A stretch of DNA of 64,000 nt from Desulfobacterales bacterium. GTDB taxonomy: Bacteria; Desulfobacterota; Desulfobacteria; Desulfobacterales; UBA2156. The notes below the pieces were generated by a model. The model ran no database searches. It was given only the letters and a program-made list of their open reading frames with translations, and was not told the DNA's origin. This document shows, in pieces, positions 21,947 through 31,698 of this stretch (position 1 is the stretch's first letter; each line of letters starts with the position of its first letter). Location: the NCBI GenBank assembly GCA_011049715.1, contig DRHF01000028.1, positions 7,449-71,448 of the forward strand, in the 5' to 3' direction. Both the position numbers and the translations under genes were made by a program.

Positions 21947-22301
21947 AGGCGTTTTTAATGAGCTCTATTTCGGGTTTATCTCCACCCGCGGTGACCGCCA
22001 CCACATCAAACCGGGCTTTTGTCCGGGTCTGTTTTGTAGATTTAAGGTACCACAGCGCGACCATTGAAATTTTCCTTTGTTTTTTTAGGGTAACCCCCCA
22101 TTTTGGATTAGCGTAATAAGATGACCTTCTCGCTTTAACCTCCACAAAAACAAGGGTATCTTTATCCTTAGCAATGATATCAATTTCACCCAATTTTGTG
22201 CGATAATTCTGTATTAAAATCTTATATCCGTTCTTTTTTAAATACCTGGCTGCAACGGATTCGCTTTTTTTCCCGAATTCCTGGCTATCGCTCAGCATCA
22301 C
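21927..22301 (-). CDS. YraN-family endonuclease
   Basis: 124 aa with the UPF0102 pattern (GEIDIIAKD...LVFVEVKAR). The conserved rnhB-yraN-rsmI order is present. Confidence 0.8.
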   Translation of the reverse strand: MMLSDSQEFGKKSESVAARYLKKNGYKILIQNYRTKLGEIDIIAKDKDTLVFVEVKARRSSYYANPKWGVTLKKQRKISMVALWYLKSTKQTRTKARFDVVAVTAGGDKPEIELIKNAFELAYG

Positions 22302-22918
22302 AGATACTCTTTCACCCCTTTGAAGCTACGTCTGTGTATGGGACAGCACCCGAAAGTTTTTATCGCTTCCCTGTGCGCCCGGGTCGGATATCCTTTGTGG
22401 CGGTAAAATCCAAATTCCGGATAATCCTGGTGATACCTTTCCATCAAGCGGTCCCGGGTTACCTTGGCAATTATAGATGCTGCGGCGATGGAAACACTGA
22501 GGATATCTCCTTTGGGTATCGGTTTTTGCAGGATGTCTGACGAAACAAAGTCTGAAATCCGGTGAAGACCGTCTATCAGAAGGATGTTCGGTTGCGGGTG
22601 AAGGTTTTTCACCGAAATAGCCATGGAGAGAAGCGATGCATTGAGGATGTTGATCCGATCAATTTCCACGGGATCGACGATACCGATACCGATAGAAAGT
22701 GCATGTTGATAAATGACCGGAAGAATTTTGTGCCGCTGTCTTGGGGTCAGTCGTTTTGAATCCGGCAGATCCCAAATTGGAAACGAAAAGGGGAGAACAA
22801 CCGCTGCAGAGACAACCGGTCCGGCCAGCGGGCCCCGACCGGCCTCATCAATACCGGCAATTCTTTTACAACCGTTCTCTATGGCTTTTTTTTCAAATGT
22901 CCACAGGTCGTGTTCCAC
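22298..22918 (-). CDS. rnhB: ribonuclease HII
   Basis: 206 aa with RNase HII motifs (GIDEAGRGPLAGPVV, DSKRLT). Confidence 0.9.
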   Translation of the reverse strand: MEHDLWTFEKKAIENGCKRIAGIDEAGRGPLAGPVVSAAVVLPFSFPIWDLPDSKRLTPRQRHKILPVIYQHALSIGIGIVDPVEIDRINILNASLLSMAISVKNLHPQPNILLIDGLHRISDFVSSDILQKPIPKGDILSVSIAAASIIAKVTRDRLMERYHQDYPEFGFYRHKGYPTRAHREAIKTFGCCPIHRRSFKGVKEYL

Positions 22919-23035
22919 GGCATCAACATCCGGGGACTCTTTTTTGAGACTTTCGTTATCACCGGTTACCTAGATAAAAAGAAAGATCGTTTTGGATATC
23001 TTTGAAGAGATGGGCGCTTATATTCGGGTTTGGTT

Positions 23036-23377
23036 TCAGCGGCGTTCCCTTATTCTTGCGGCTTTACCCCTCAGTTTACGCAAATAATAGATCTTTGCCC
23101 TGCGGACACGCCCCCTGGAAATCACCTCAATTTTATCGATGATCGGAGAATGGAGTGGGAAAATACGCTCGACGCCCACGCCGTATGAAACTTTTCTTAC
23201 TGTAAATGTTGCGTTGGTTCTTCCTTTACGTTTACTGATAACCACACCCTGGAAGACCTGGATACGCTCTTTTTCACCTTCCCTGATCTTGACATTCACC
23301 TTAACCGTATCACCGGCAGAAAAATCAGGGTGATCAAGCCGCATCATTTCTTTTTCAAGCTGTTCTATCGTTTCCAT
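23036..23377 (-). CDS. rplS: 50S ribosomal protein L19
   Basis: 113 aa with the typical L19 sequence ([26 protein letters not shown]). Confidence 0.95.
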   Translation of the reverse strand: METIEQLEKEMMRLDHPDFSAGDTVKVNVKIREGEKERIQVFQGVVISKRKGRTNATFTVRKVSYGVGVERIFPLHSPIIDKIEVISRGRVRRAKIYYLRKLRGKAARIRERR

Positions 23378-23505
23378 AATTTTATCCTTTTGTATTATTT
23401 ATTTTAATGTCGTGGATGAGCACTAGTTAAATGTTAGCTGAAAAGTTCAGTTTTTTTTGCTGACCTGTGCCCTTTAACCGACAATAGGGATTATTGCAAT
23501 GAAAT

Positions 23506-24093
23506 TTATCGCCCCAGCAATCGATCCAAAATAATTGATGCTGCTGATCGGACCGAAAGGTGATTGTATCCGGTACAGCCGGTGACCGGTTCAAGCAGGT
23601 AGTCTGCTCTGGCGAGGATTCTTCTGGAAAGCCCCCATCCCGTGCCAAAGATTAATAGATAGACGCTCTCTTTTTTTAGCATCTCGCGAAACTGGTAAAA
23701 ACCGATTTCTCGCCGACCGTTCATCAACCTCTGATCCGCACCGGTGACAACCGTTACCGGCGTCGCTTTTTCCTTTGCTTTGATATGATCGATCACGTCA
23801 TCCAACGCAGGTTTGATCCTGATCAGTTCTAACGCGGCACGCCGTTTTGGATTGTATCTTGAGCCGACTCCGCTGACCCAGTGTGAAATAATCCTGTTAA
23901 CGAGGGCTTGCTGATCCGTTAAAGGGGTCACCACATAAAATGCTCTCACCCCGTATGTTTTTGCTACCCTGGATATGTCATGCAAGTCTAAATTGGTTAC
24001 GGCAGATGCAATGGTGTCGCCGTTTTTATTGATTACCGGATAGTGCAGCAGGGCCACGTAAAGATTGGGTGCGAATAATTTCTTCAATCTCAA
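23506..24093 (-). CDS. SPOUT-like RNA methyltransferase family protein
   Basis: 195 aa located between trmD and rplS. The C-terminal LIFGTGWGL...GYNHLSVRSAASIILDRL resembles a SPOUT knot motif. Its first 68 nt overlap the trmD 3' end, so the start is uncertain. Confidence 0.55.
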   Translation of the reverse strand: MRLKKLFAPNLYVALLHYPVINKNGDTIASAVTNLDLHDISRVAKTYGVRAFYVVTPLTDQQALVNRIISHWVSGVGSRYNPKRRAALELIRIKPALDDVIDHIKAKEKATPVTVVTGADQRLMNGRREIGFYQFREMLKKESVYLLIFGTGWGLSRRILARADYLLEPVTGCTGYNHLSVRSAASIILDRLLGR

Positions 24094-24868
24094 AACACCA
24101 CTTCTTTAGGATATATGACTCTTGTTCGGTCAAGATTCTGTCTTTCAACAGATCTTTTCTTTTCAAAAAGGTCCGAATCAACGCTGTTTCAAGGCGCCAT
24201 TTTTCAATTTCCTGATGGTTTCCCGACAGCAGCACTTCAGGGACATTTTCTCCCTCAAAGGTTCGGGGTCTGGTATAATGAGCATGTTCCAACAGGTCAT
24301 CGGAAAACGAATCTCTCTCGGCTGAGTCGGCTCCCCCCAACGATCCTGGGATCAAACGGGTGATGGCATCGATGATGATCATCGCCCCGAGCTCTCCACC
24401 TGTTAAAACATAATCGCCGACCGAGATTTCATGATCGATGAAATCACTGCAGATCCGTTCATCGACACCTTCGTATCGGCCGCAAACCAGAATGAGCCCC
24501 TTTTCGGATGCGAATTTTAGGGCCATCTTCTGATTAAAAACTTGCCCCTGAGGTGTCAGGAGAATCGTTTTTGAGTCAGGGATTTCATTTTGGGCATACC
24601 GAATCGCTGCTGCCATCGGCTCGGGCTTCATCACCATCCCACAGCCACCGCCATATGGCCTATCATCGGTCGTCCGGTGCCTGTCCTTGGCAAAATCTCT
24701 GATATTGACGGTGGAAACGTTTATCGTCTTTTGATCGATCGCCTTTCTAATAATTCCATGTTCCCAAAACGAAAAAAAGAGTTCCGGAAAAATTGTCAGA
24801 TTGACAAAGCGGATAACCGGCGCCCGGTCGCTATTTTTTGATCCAGCCTGTCTTTCCGATCCCCTCAC
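24026..24868 (-). CDS. trmD: tRNA (guanine37-N1)-methyltransferase
   Basis: TrmD motifs (TIFPELF, DDRPYGGGCGMVM, CGRYEGVDER, GDYVLTGGE). The GTG start overlaps the rimM stop (GTGA). Confidence 0.9.
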   Translation of the reverse strand: MRGSERQAGSKNSDRAPVIRFVNLTIFPELFFSFWEHGIIRKAIDQKTINVSTVNIRDFAKDRHRTTDDRPYGGGCGMVMKPEPMAAAIRYAQNEIPDSKTILLTPQGQVFNQKMALKFASEKGLILVCGRYEGVDERICSDFIDHEISVGDYVLTGGELGAMIIIDAITRLIPGSLGGADSAERDSFSDDLLEHAHYTRPRTFEGENVPEVLLSGNHQEIEKWRLETALIRTFLKRKDLLKDRILTEQESYILKKWCFEIEEIIRTQSLRGPAALSGNQ

Positions 24869-25389
24869 AACAGTCCTTCCGGTAAATCGACCTTCATGAT
24901 CTTTTTTTCAAGATCAACAGCCAAAACCACCGACTCGAGGGCCGGAATCATAATCTCGGAACCATTTTTTTGTTTCGGATCTTTTACCACATAGACATCG
25001 TTGCTCCCTGTGGGCATGATCGAATCAACTTGGCCGAGGTATCTTTCATCTGCCGTAAAGACAGAAAGACCGATGATGTCAAACCAGTAATAAAGACCGT
25101 CTTCAAGATCCGGAAGTGTTTTCTTCTCAATCAAAAGATCAGAACCGATCAGCGATCCGACCTGATCGCGATCGGTTATGCCCTTGAGAGATAAAAGAAC
25201 TCCACGGGTATGCGATTTGGCCCAATTTATTTCAAATGTCTTTTCCAACGCTTTTGGCGTTCTGACTAGAATCCGGCTGCCGGGTTCGAAAACCGACAGA
25301 GATTCGACACAAGTGTATACCCGTATGGTTCCCTTGACACCATGGGCGCCAACAATTTTTCCAACCGGGAGAAATCTGTCTTTTTTCAC
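24865..25389 (-). CDS. rimM: ribosome maturation factor RimM
   Basis: 174 aa with the pattern VGKIVGAHGVKGTIRV. The conserved rpsP-KH-rimM-trmD order is present. Confidence 0.85.
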   Translation of the reverse strand: MKKDRFLPVGKIVGAHGVKGTIRVYTCVESLSVFEPGSRILVRTPKALEKTFEINWAKSHTRGVLLSLKGITDRDQVGSLIGSDLLIEKKTLPDLEDGLYYWFDIIGLSVFTADERYLGQVDSIMPTGSNDVYVVKDPKQKNGSEIMIPALESVVLAVDLEKKIMKVDLPEGLL

Positions 25390-25393
25390 AAAA

Positions 25394-25624
25394 TCATTCT
25401 ATGATCTCAAGGACGGCCCGTTTTTTTATTTTCGCAGATGCCGCGCTGAGTATGGTCCGCATCGCCCGCGCCGTCCTCCCTTGCTTTCCGATAACTTTGC
25501 CCAGATCCTCTTTGGCCACTTTAAGTTCCAATACCGATGTCTGGTTTCCCTCCACTTCTTCTACCGATACCTGCTCCGGATTGTCTACCAATGATTCGGC
25601 AATATACTTGATCAAATCTTTCAT
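25394..25624 (-). CDS. KH-domain RNA-binding protein (YlqC-like)
   Basis: 76 aa from the ATG at 25624 ([19 protein letters not shown]...[17 protein letters not shown]). The track ORF extends a further 15 codons upstream. Confidence 0.8.
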   Translation of the reverse strand: MKDLIKYIAESLVDNPEQVSVEEVEGNQTSVLELKVAKEDLGKVIGKQGRTARAMRTILSAASAKIKKRAVLEIIE

Positions 25625-25665
25625 AGCCCCATCTCCTATACAGGTTGTAAGAATTCGGGATAACG

Positions 25666-25923
25666 TCACTCAGCAAGATTAGCAAAAAAGTCCTCTTTTT
25701 TCAAAAGACTTTTGACCGTATCTGTGGGAATGGCACCCTGATCGATCCAGTATCTGATTCGATCCTGTTTCATCGACACTTCTGCCGGGTCAAGCAACGG
25801 ATTATAGGTGCCGACCATTTCAATAAATTTTCCGTCACGTGGCTTTTCAACGTCGGCCACAACAATCCTGTAAAAAGGTCTTTTTTTTGAGCCGTGTCTG
25901 GCTAACCTGATTTTTACTGGCAT
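25666..25923 (-). CDS. rpsP: 30S ribosomal protein S16
   Basis: 85 aa starting [24 protein letters not shown]. Confidence 0.95.
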   Translation of the reverse strand: MPVKIRLARHGSKKRPFYRIVVADVEKPRDGKFIEMVGTYNPLLDPAEVSMKQDRIRYWIDQGAIPTDTVKSLLKKEDFFANLAE

Positions 25924-25935
25924 ATCAAATCTCCC

Positions 25936-27267
25936 TCATATCGGCAACATTCCGCGGTCGATTCCGTGAATACCGCCTTTGTTGATTTTCTTCATTATTT
26001 TCATTACTTGTGTATAATTTTTTAACAACCTGTTCACATCCTGCAGGCTGGTACCGCTCCCCTTGGCAATCCGCTTCCGGCGGCTCCCATTGATGATGTT
26101 ATGTTGGCGACGTTCCTGGGGCGTCATGGAATTGATCGCCGCTTCTATCCTGACGAATTCTTTTTCGTCCACCTTTAGATTCTTTAGGTGTTTGTTTTTA
26201 CCCATCCCCGGGATCATATTGATCAGTTCGGAGAACGAACCCATTTTGCGTATCTGAACCATCTGGTCCCTGAAGTCTTCCAATGTGAATTGATTTTTTC
26301 TCAGCTTTTTTTCGAGGGCTGCCGCTGCTTTTTCGTCAACCACTTCTTGGGCCTTTTCGATCATCGTAAGGACATCCCCCATTCCGAGTATCCGAGAGGA
26401 CATCCGGTCGGGATGAAAAGGCTCCAGTGCATTCAGCTTTTCGCCGACACCAATAAATTTTATCGGCTTGTTTGTGATTGCCCGGATCGAGATCGCCGCC
26501 CCGCCCCGAGCGTCACCATCCATCTTTGTCAGGATGACACCACCAATATCGAGCGCACGATCAAATGATTGGGCGATATTCACCGCGTCCTGGCCGGTCA
26601 TGGCATCGGCCACAAGAAGAATATCCGAGGGCTTCACCGCGTCCTTGATCCGAGAGAGTTCACCCATCAACTCCTCATTCACGTGAAGCCGGCCGGCTGT
26701 ATCGAGAAGGAGCGTGTCGCACCCTTCATGCTGAGCAGCTGTTCTAGCCTCACGGCAAATCTGAACCGGATCCATTTCAACGTTGGAAGGAAAAACCGGT
26801 ACAGATAACTGTTCTCCGAGTTTTCTTAACTGGTCGATCGCTGCCGGCCGGTAAACATCGGCCGGCACCAGATAGGGTTTTCTTCCTTCTTTTCTCAACA
26901 AAACAGAAAGCTTGCCCGCAGTTGTTGTTTTCCCGGATCCCTGGAGGCCGACCAGCATGATCGATATCGGTTTGGCGCCCGATAGTTGCAGCCCCTTGTG
27001 CTGGGATCCCATCAGCGCCGTAAGCGTTTCATTTACGATTTTGATGACCTGCTGCCCGGGTGTAAGGCTCGCCATCACCTCCTGGCCCAAGGCCCGTGTC
27101 TTTATATCCGAAATAAGTTTTTTTACTACCTTGTAATGGACATCGGCTTCCAGAAGCGCCATTCGGACTTCTTTTAACCCGGCCTCGATGTTCTTCTCCG
27201 ATAGTTTGCCGTGGCCCTTCAGCTTCTTAAATACCAAATTGAGCTTTTCACTGAGATCTTCAAACAT
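25936..27267 (-). CDS. ffh: signal recognition particle protein Ffh
   Basis: 443 aa. NG domain (GLQGSGKTTTAGKL, DTAGR) and a Met-rich M domain. Confidence 0.95.
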   Translation of the reverse strand: MFEDLSEKLNLVFKKLKGHGKLSEKNIEAGLKEVRMALLEADVHYKVVKKLISDIKTRALGQEVMASLTPGQQVIKIVNETLTALMGSQHKGLQLSGAKPISIMLVGLQGSGKTTTAGKLSVLLRKEGRKPYLVPADVYRPAAIDQLRKLGEQLSVPVFPSNVEMDPVQICREARTAAQHEGCDTLLLDTAGRLHVNEELMGELSRIKDAVKPSDILLVADAMTGQDAVNIAQSFDRALDIGGVILTKMDGDARGGAAISIRAITNKPIKFIGVGEKLNALEPFHPDRMSSRILGMGDVLTMIEKAQEVVDEKAAAALEKKLRKNQFTLEDFRDQMVQIRKMGSFSELINMIPGMGKNKHLKNLKVDEKEFVRIEAAINSMTPQERRQHNIINGSRRKRIAKGSGTSLQDVNRLLKNYTQVMKIMKKINKGGIHGIDRGMLPI

Positions 27268-27314
27268 AAAAAACCTTTCATGTTAACTAAAACCTTGAAA
27301 TTATTATTATATAG

Positions 27315-28403
27315 ATGTTATGTCAAGGTAAAATGATACATTTATCTAAAAAAACAGATATAAAAGAACTTTCCACCGATCAACTGACACTTTGGCTCCA
27401 AAACAGAGGGTTCCGGTCTTTTCACGCGGGTCAAATTTTTAAGTGGGTTTATCTACACCAGGCAGACGCCTTTGAAACCATGACCGATTTGGCCAAAGAA
27501 TTGAGGCGCTTGCTTTCGGCCCACTTTACAATAAACCGGCTTGAGAAAAAACAGGTAGAGACATCAAAAGATGGCACTCGAAAATACCTTTTCAAACTGG
27601 CTGACGGAAAACATGTTGAAAGCGTAATCATTCCTGAAAGAGATCACGACACACTTTGTATATCAAGTCAGGTGGGGTGTGCCCAAGGATGCAGATTCTG
27701 TTTGACCGGCCGATACGGCTTGACCAGAGATCTCACAAAAGGTGAAATTGTCTCCCAGGTACGCGACATTACGAAAGAGATGAACGATTCCGCACGCCTG
27801 ACCAACATCGTTCTGATGGGGATGGGTGAACCGCTGGCCAATTATCAAAACGTTGTCCGTGCCCTTGAAACGATAACAGACAGTGATTTTGGTCTAAAAT
27901 TTTCAAACCGCAAGGTGACCCTCTCCACCGCCGGCCTGGTCTCCAAACTGCCTGATTTAAGTCGGGATACCCGGGTCAATCTGGCCGTATCGCTAAATGC
28001 CACAGAAAATAAGACCCGCGACAGGTTGATGCCGATCAACCGCAGGTTTCCGGTGGAAGAATTGATGGCTGCATGCAGGGGATATCGTTTGCACGCCGGT
28101 CGGAGGATCACTTTTGAATATATCCTGATTCAAGGTGTAAACGACTCGGTTGAAGACGCCAAACGCCTCTGTAAACTCATCAGGCCGATCAAGGCCAAAA
28201 TTAATCTCATTCCGCTTAACGAACACAAAAGTTGTGAGTTCAGACGGCCGTCAGCCTCCGTCATCGAACGGTTTCAAGAAATCCTGCATCAAAACAACTA
28301 TACGGTCATCATTCGGCAGAGCAAGGGGCAGGATATATCTGCTGCCTGTGGTCAGTTGAGTGCCCACCCGACGTCACACCGGATCAAACCGGATATCGCC
28401 TGA
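27315..28403 (+). CDS. rlmN: 23S rRNA/tRNA adenine-C2 methyltransferase, radical SAM
   Basis: 362 aa with the CxxxCxxC motif (CAQGCRFCLTG), GMGEPLAN, and CGQL near the C-terminus. The start could also be the ATG at 27333. Confidence 0.9.
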   Translation: MLCQGKMIHLSKKTDIKELSTDQLTLWLQNRGFRSFHAGQIFKWVYLHQADAFETMTDLAKELRRLLSAHFTINRLEKKQVETSKDGTRKYLFKLADGKHVESVIIPERDHDTLCISSQVGCAQGCRFCLTGRYGLTRDLTKGEIVSQVRDITKEMNDSARLTNIVLMGMGEPLANYQNVVRALETITDSDFGLKFSNRKVTLSTAGLVSKLPDLSRDTRVNLAVSLNATENKTRDRLMPINRRFPVEELMAACRGYRLHAGRRITFEYILIQGVNDSVEDAKRLCKLIRPIKAKINLIPLNEHKSCEFRRPSASVIERFQEILHQNNYTVIIRQSKGQDISAACGQLSAHPTSHRIKPDIA

Positions 28404-31400
28404 CCGGCTTCCAGTAGATCTGTTTTGCTTTTTCTATAAAAGATGCACCGCGTGTTTTGGTGGAAATCAACAGGGAATAGAGTGTGGGGACGACGATGAG
28501 CGTCAGAATAGTTGAAATCATAAGCCCAAAAATAACCACAAGCGCCATGGATTGCCACCATTGGGTCGATTCACTGACATAAGACATGCTCATTTTGTGA
28601 AAATCGAAGGAGATGCCGGTCACCATCGGCAAGAGGCCTAAAATGGTGGTAATAGCGGTCAGAAGGACCGGGCGAAGCCGGGTGGCGCCTGCGGATATAA
28701 CCGCGTGGTTCAGGTCCATTCCTCTTTTTATGAGCTTGTTGGTATAATCGATCAACACGATGGCATTGTTGACCACGACACCGGCCAAAGAGAACACTCC
28801 GACACCTGTCATGATGATGCCAAAGGGGGACTTAAAAAGGGCCAAGCCGAGAAACGCACCCCCCAAGGATAAGATAACCGATGTCAGAATAATCAAAGGC
28901 TGGGCCACGGAATTGAAAAGGGATACCAGGATGAGAAATATTAAAAACACCACGATTACAAACGTTTTGGAGAGAAATGCCTCTGATTCTTTCTGAAATT
29001 CAAATTCACCGGTAAATTGAATCCGATATCCGGCCGGGAGGGCAAAGCCTTTCAGCATCTTTTCCGCCTGCACACGAGCAACCGGACCGGGAATCTTTGT
29101 TTCATCCACATCGGCTTTAACGGTGACAACCCGGTTGTGATTGATTCGGACAATATTGCCGATACTCCCCGAGTAATCGATGGATGCGATGGAGGTCAGC
29201 GGGACCAATTGCCCTGAGGGGGCCGGCAGCATCAATTTATAGAGCACATCCAATACCGATCGGTCTGCTTTACGAAGGATGACGGAAATGTCATAATCTT
29301 CATCCCCCTCACGATAGGTGGAAATATTCAAGCCATTATATGCGGTTTTTAGAGCAAATCCGATAATCTCGGTCGAAAGACCGAAAAGAGCGGCCTTTTG
29401 CCGGTCCACCCTGACGTGTATGGACGGGATCCCCGAAACATAATCATCCTGGATATCCTCAATAAAGGGTATTTTTTCGAGAATCCCTCTGATCTTTTTT
29501 GCCATATCTCCCAGCACCCGGAAGTTATCGCCGGAAATTTCGATATTGATCGGTGCGCCGGTGGGCGGACCTTCTTCTGCTTTTGCAACTGTGATTTTTG
29601 CTCCCGGGATCCCCTTTACCCGTTTTCGAATCTCTTCGACGGTCAAGTTCGAAGACCGTCTGCGATCTTCCAGGTCAATAAACTGAATCCCGATATGGGT
29701 GGGTGAGTTGGGACTAAACGCATCGCCGCCCCCGGACAGGACAACCGCCTTGGCGTAAATATGTTCAATATTATCCATATCACCGGGTGCAAGAAACTCT
29801 TCGCCGCTCGCCTTGTGATGCAATCGGGGCATATAAAAAGATTCGTAACGATCGATGGGAGTCATGGGGGGGCCATCGATCTCTTTTTCCGCCTTTTCGA
29901 GCAAGGCCATTTCTGTTTTTTTAACGATACGATCGACGTATTCCAAATCCGCCCCTTCCGGCGGGACAATATTGACATAGAGGTTGTGGGGTTCGATATC
30001 TGGAAAAAATTCTACCGGTTTTTCCAGGCCTACCGCCAACAGCCAAAACTGAAAAAAGAGGATCAGAGATGCAAAGGATATCAGGACGACGGCGACCCGA
30101 TGTTTGAGGGATTTAGCGAGGAGACTTGCATAAGACCTAAGAAGAAACCCTTTGATCTCTACCGGTTTTTCACCGGCCTTTTGAACCTCATCCGCACTCA
30201 ATGGTTCATGGGCGCCTTTGCTTGGATGCTTGAGCTTTGCAAAGGTAGCGGTGAGTGCCGGGTTGATAACCAGCGCTACAAAAAGACTCGATGAAAGGGT
30301 GATGACCAGGGTGATAGGTAGATATTTCATGAATTCACCCATGATCCCGGGCCAGAAAATCAAGGGGAAAAAAGCGGCCAGGGTGGTGAGGGTGGAGCCG
30401 ATGACCGGTTGTGCCACTTCTGCAGTGGCCTGCATGGCAGCCTGAATACGGGAGACCCCCTGCTCCATGTAGCGATAAATATTTTCAATGATCACGATGG
30501 CGTTATCAACCAGCATCCCCAGAGCCAGGGTTAATGAAAAAAGGACCACCATATTGAGGGTGATATCGAGTGCATAAAGAATGGCAAAGGATAACAGCAT
30601 GGAAAAGGGAATGGCAAGACTGACCAAAACGGCGTTTCTAAACCCCAGGGCGAAAAAAAGAACGACAATGACCAACGCCAGTCCGGAAAGGATATTGTTT
30701 TCCAGATCCGCGACCATCAACCGAATATCTTTTGCCTGATCCATCAGCTTGGTAATCCGGGTTCCTTTTGGCCAGGCCGGTTTTTTTTGTTGAATCAGTT
30801 CTTCAATCTGATCGGCGATGGCGATGATGTTTTCACCCACCCGCTTTTTGACCGAAATATTGACCGATTCGCTGCCGTCCAACCGCGATCGGCTGGTTTC
30901 GTCTTTGAAGCCGTCTTTGACTTTGGCAAGATCCTTCAGATAGATCGGGTTGCCGTCTACCACGTTTAACACCAGGCCATAGATTTCGTCCGGTGTTGAA
31001 AATTCCCCGGGAACGCGCAGCTGATAACGACCGTCCCCGAGGGTGATAGCGCCACCCGAGGTGTTCTGGTTCTCGCTGTTGACCACGGTTTGGAATCTTG
31101 TCACCGGTATTTGATAGTAGGCAAGCTTGTCCGGTTCGACTTCGATTTTGATTTCGCGTTCGAGCCCACCGGTGACATCCACCTCCAAAACACCCGGAAT
31201 CGATTCGATGTCTTCTTCAAGATCATCGGCGATCTCCTTTAAACAGGTGAGTCCGCAATCACCTGATAGAGCGTAGACAACAATGGGTAGCTCGGAAAAA
31301 TTGACCTCAAAGACCGATGGGTCGTCTTCCAGGTCTCCCGGAAGATCCTTTTTGGCCTCATCCACTTTGTCTTTGACTTTTTGAAGAACCTCATCGATGT

Positions 31401-31698
31401 CGGTTCCCGGAATAAATTCGATATTGATCTGCGAGTCGCCCTCAGCGCTGACAGAGTGAATCTTTTTTACCCGGTCAAGCCCTTTGAGTTTTTTCTCTAT
31501 GGGGATCGTGATGGCGGTTTCAATATCCGAAGAGGAGACACCCTTATAGCTGGTTGAGATAAATACATTGGGAATCGTGATATCCGGCGCGCTCTCCCTA
31601 GGGAGCACCATATAGCAGTAAATCCCGACAACGAGTATAATCATGCCAAGGACCATCACACTGATCCGGTTTCGGATAGCGGTGGTTGAAATGATCAT
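28384..31698 (-). CDS. RND-family efflux transporter permease (AcrB/HAE1-like)
   Basis: 1104 aa from the ATG at 31698 (MIISTTAIRNRISV), which overlaps the MFP stop (ATGA). 12-TM architecture with two large periplasmic loops. The 43-codon upstream extension in the track is unlikely to be translated. Confidence 0.9.
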   Translation of the reverse strand: MIISTTAIRNRISVMVLGMIILVVGIYCYMVLPRESAPDITIPNVFISTSYKGVSSSDIETAITIPIEKKLKGLDRVKKIHSVSAEGDSQINIEFIPGTDIDEVLQKVKDKVDEAKKDLPGDLEDDPSVFEVNFSELPIVVYALSGDCGLTCLKEIADDLEEDIESIPGVLEVDVTGGLEREIKIEVEPDKLAYYQIPVTRFQTVVNSENQNTSGGAITLGDGRYQLRVPGEFSTPDEIYGLVLNVVDGNPIYLKDLAKVKDGFKDETSRSRLDGSESVNISVKKRVGENIIAIADQIEELIQQKKPAWPKGTRITKLMDQAKDIRLMVADLENNILSGLALVIVVLFFALGFRNAVLVSLAIPFSMLLSFAILYALDITLNMVVLFSLTLALGMLVDNAIVIIENIYRYMEQGVSRIQAAMQATAEVAQPVIGSTLTTLAAFFPLIFWPGIMGEFMKYLPITLVITLSSSLFVALVINPALTATFAKLKHPSKGAHEPLSADEVQKAGEKPVEIKGFLLRSYASLLAKSLKHRVAVVLISFASLILFFQFWLLAVGLEKPVEFFPDIEPHNLYVNIVPPEGADLEYVDRIVKKTEMALLEKAEKEIDGPPMTPIDRYESFYMPRLHHKASGEEFLAPGDMDNIEHIYAKAVVLSGGGDAFSPNSPTHIGIQFIDLEDRRRSSNLTVEEIRKRVKGIPGAKITVAKAEEGPPTGAPINIEISGDNFRVLGDMAKKIRGILEKIPFIEDIQDDYVSGIPSIHVRVDRQKAALFGLSTEIIGFALKTAYNGLNISTYREGDEDYDISVILRKADRSVLDVLYKLMLPAPSGQLVPLTSIASIDYSGSIGNIVRINHNRVVTVKADVDETKIPGPVARVQAEKMLKGFALPAGYRIQFTGEFEFQKESEAFLSKTFVIVVFLIFLILVSLFNSVAQPLIILTSVILSLGGAFLGLALFKSPFGIIMTGVGVFSLAGVVVNNAIVLIDYTNKLIKRGMDLNHAVISAGATRLRPVLLTAITTILGLLPMVTGISFDFHKMSMSYVSESTQWWQSMALVVIFGLMISTILTLIVVPTLYSLLISTKTRGASFIEKAKQIYWKPVRRYPV

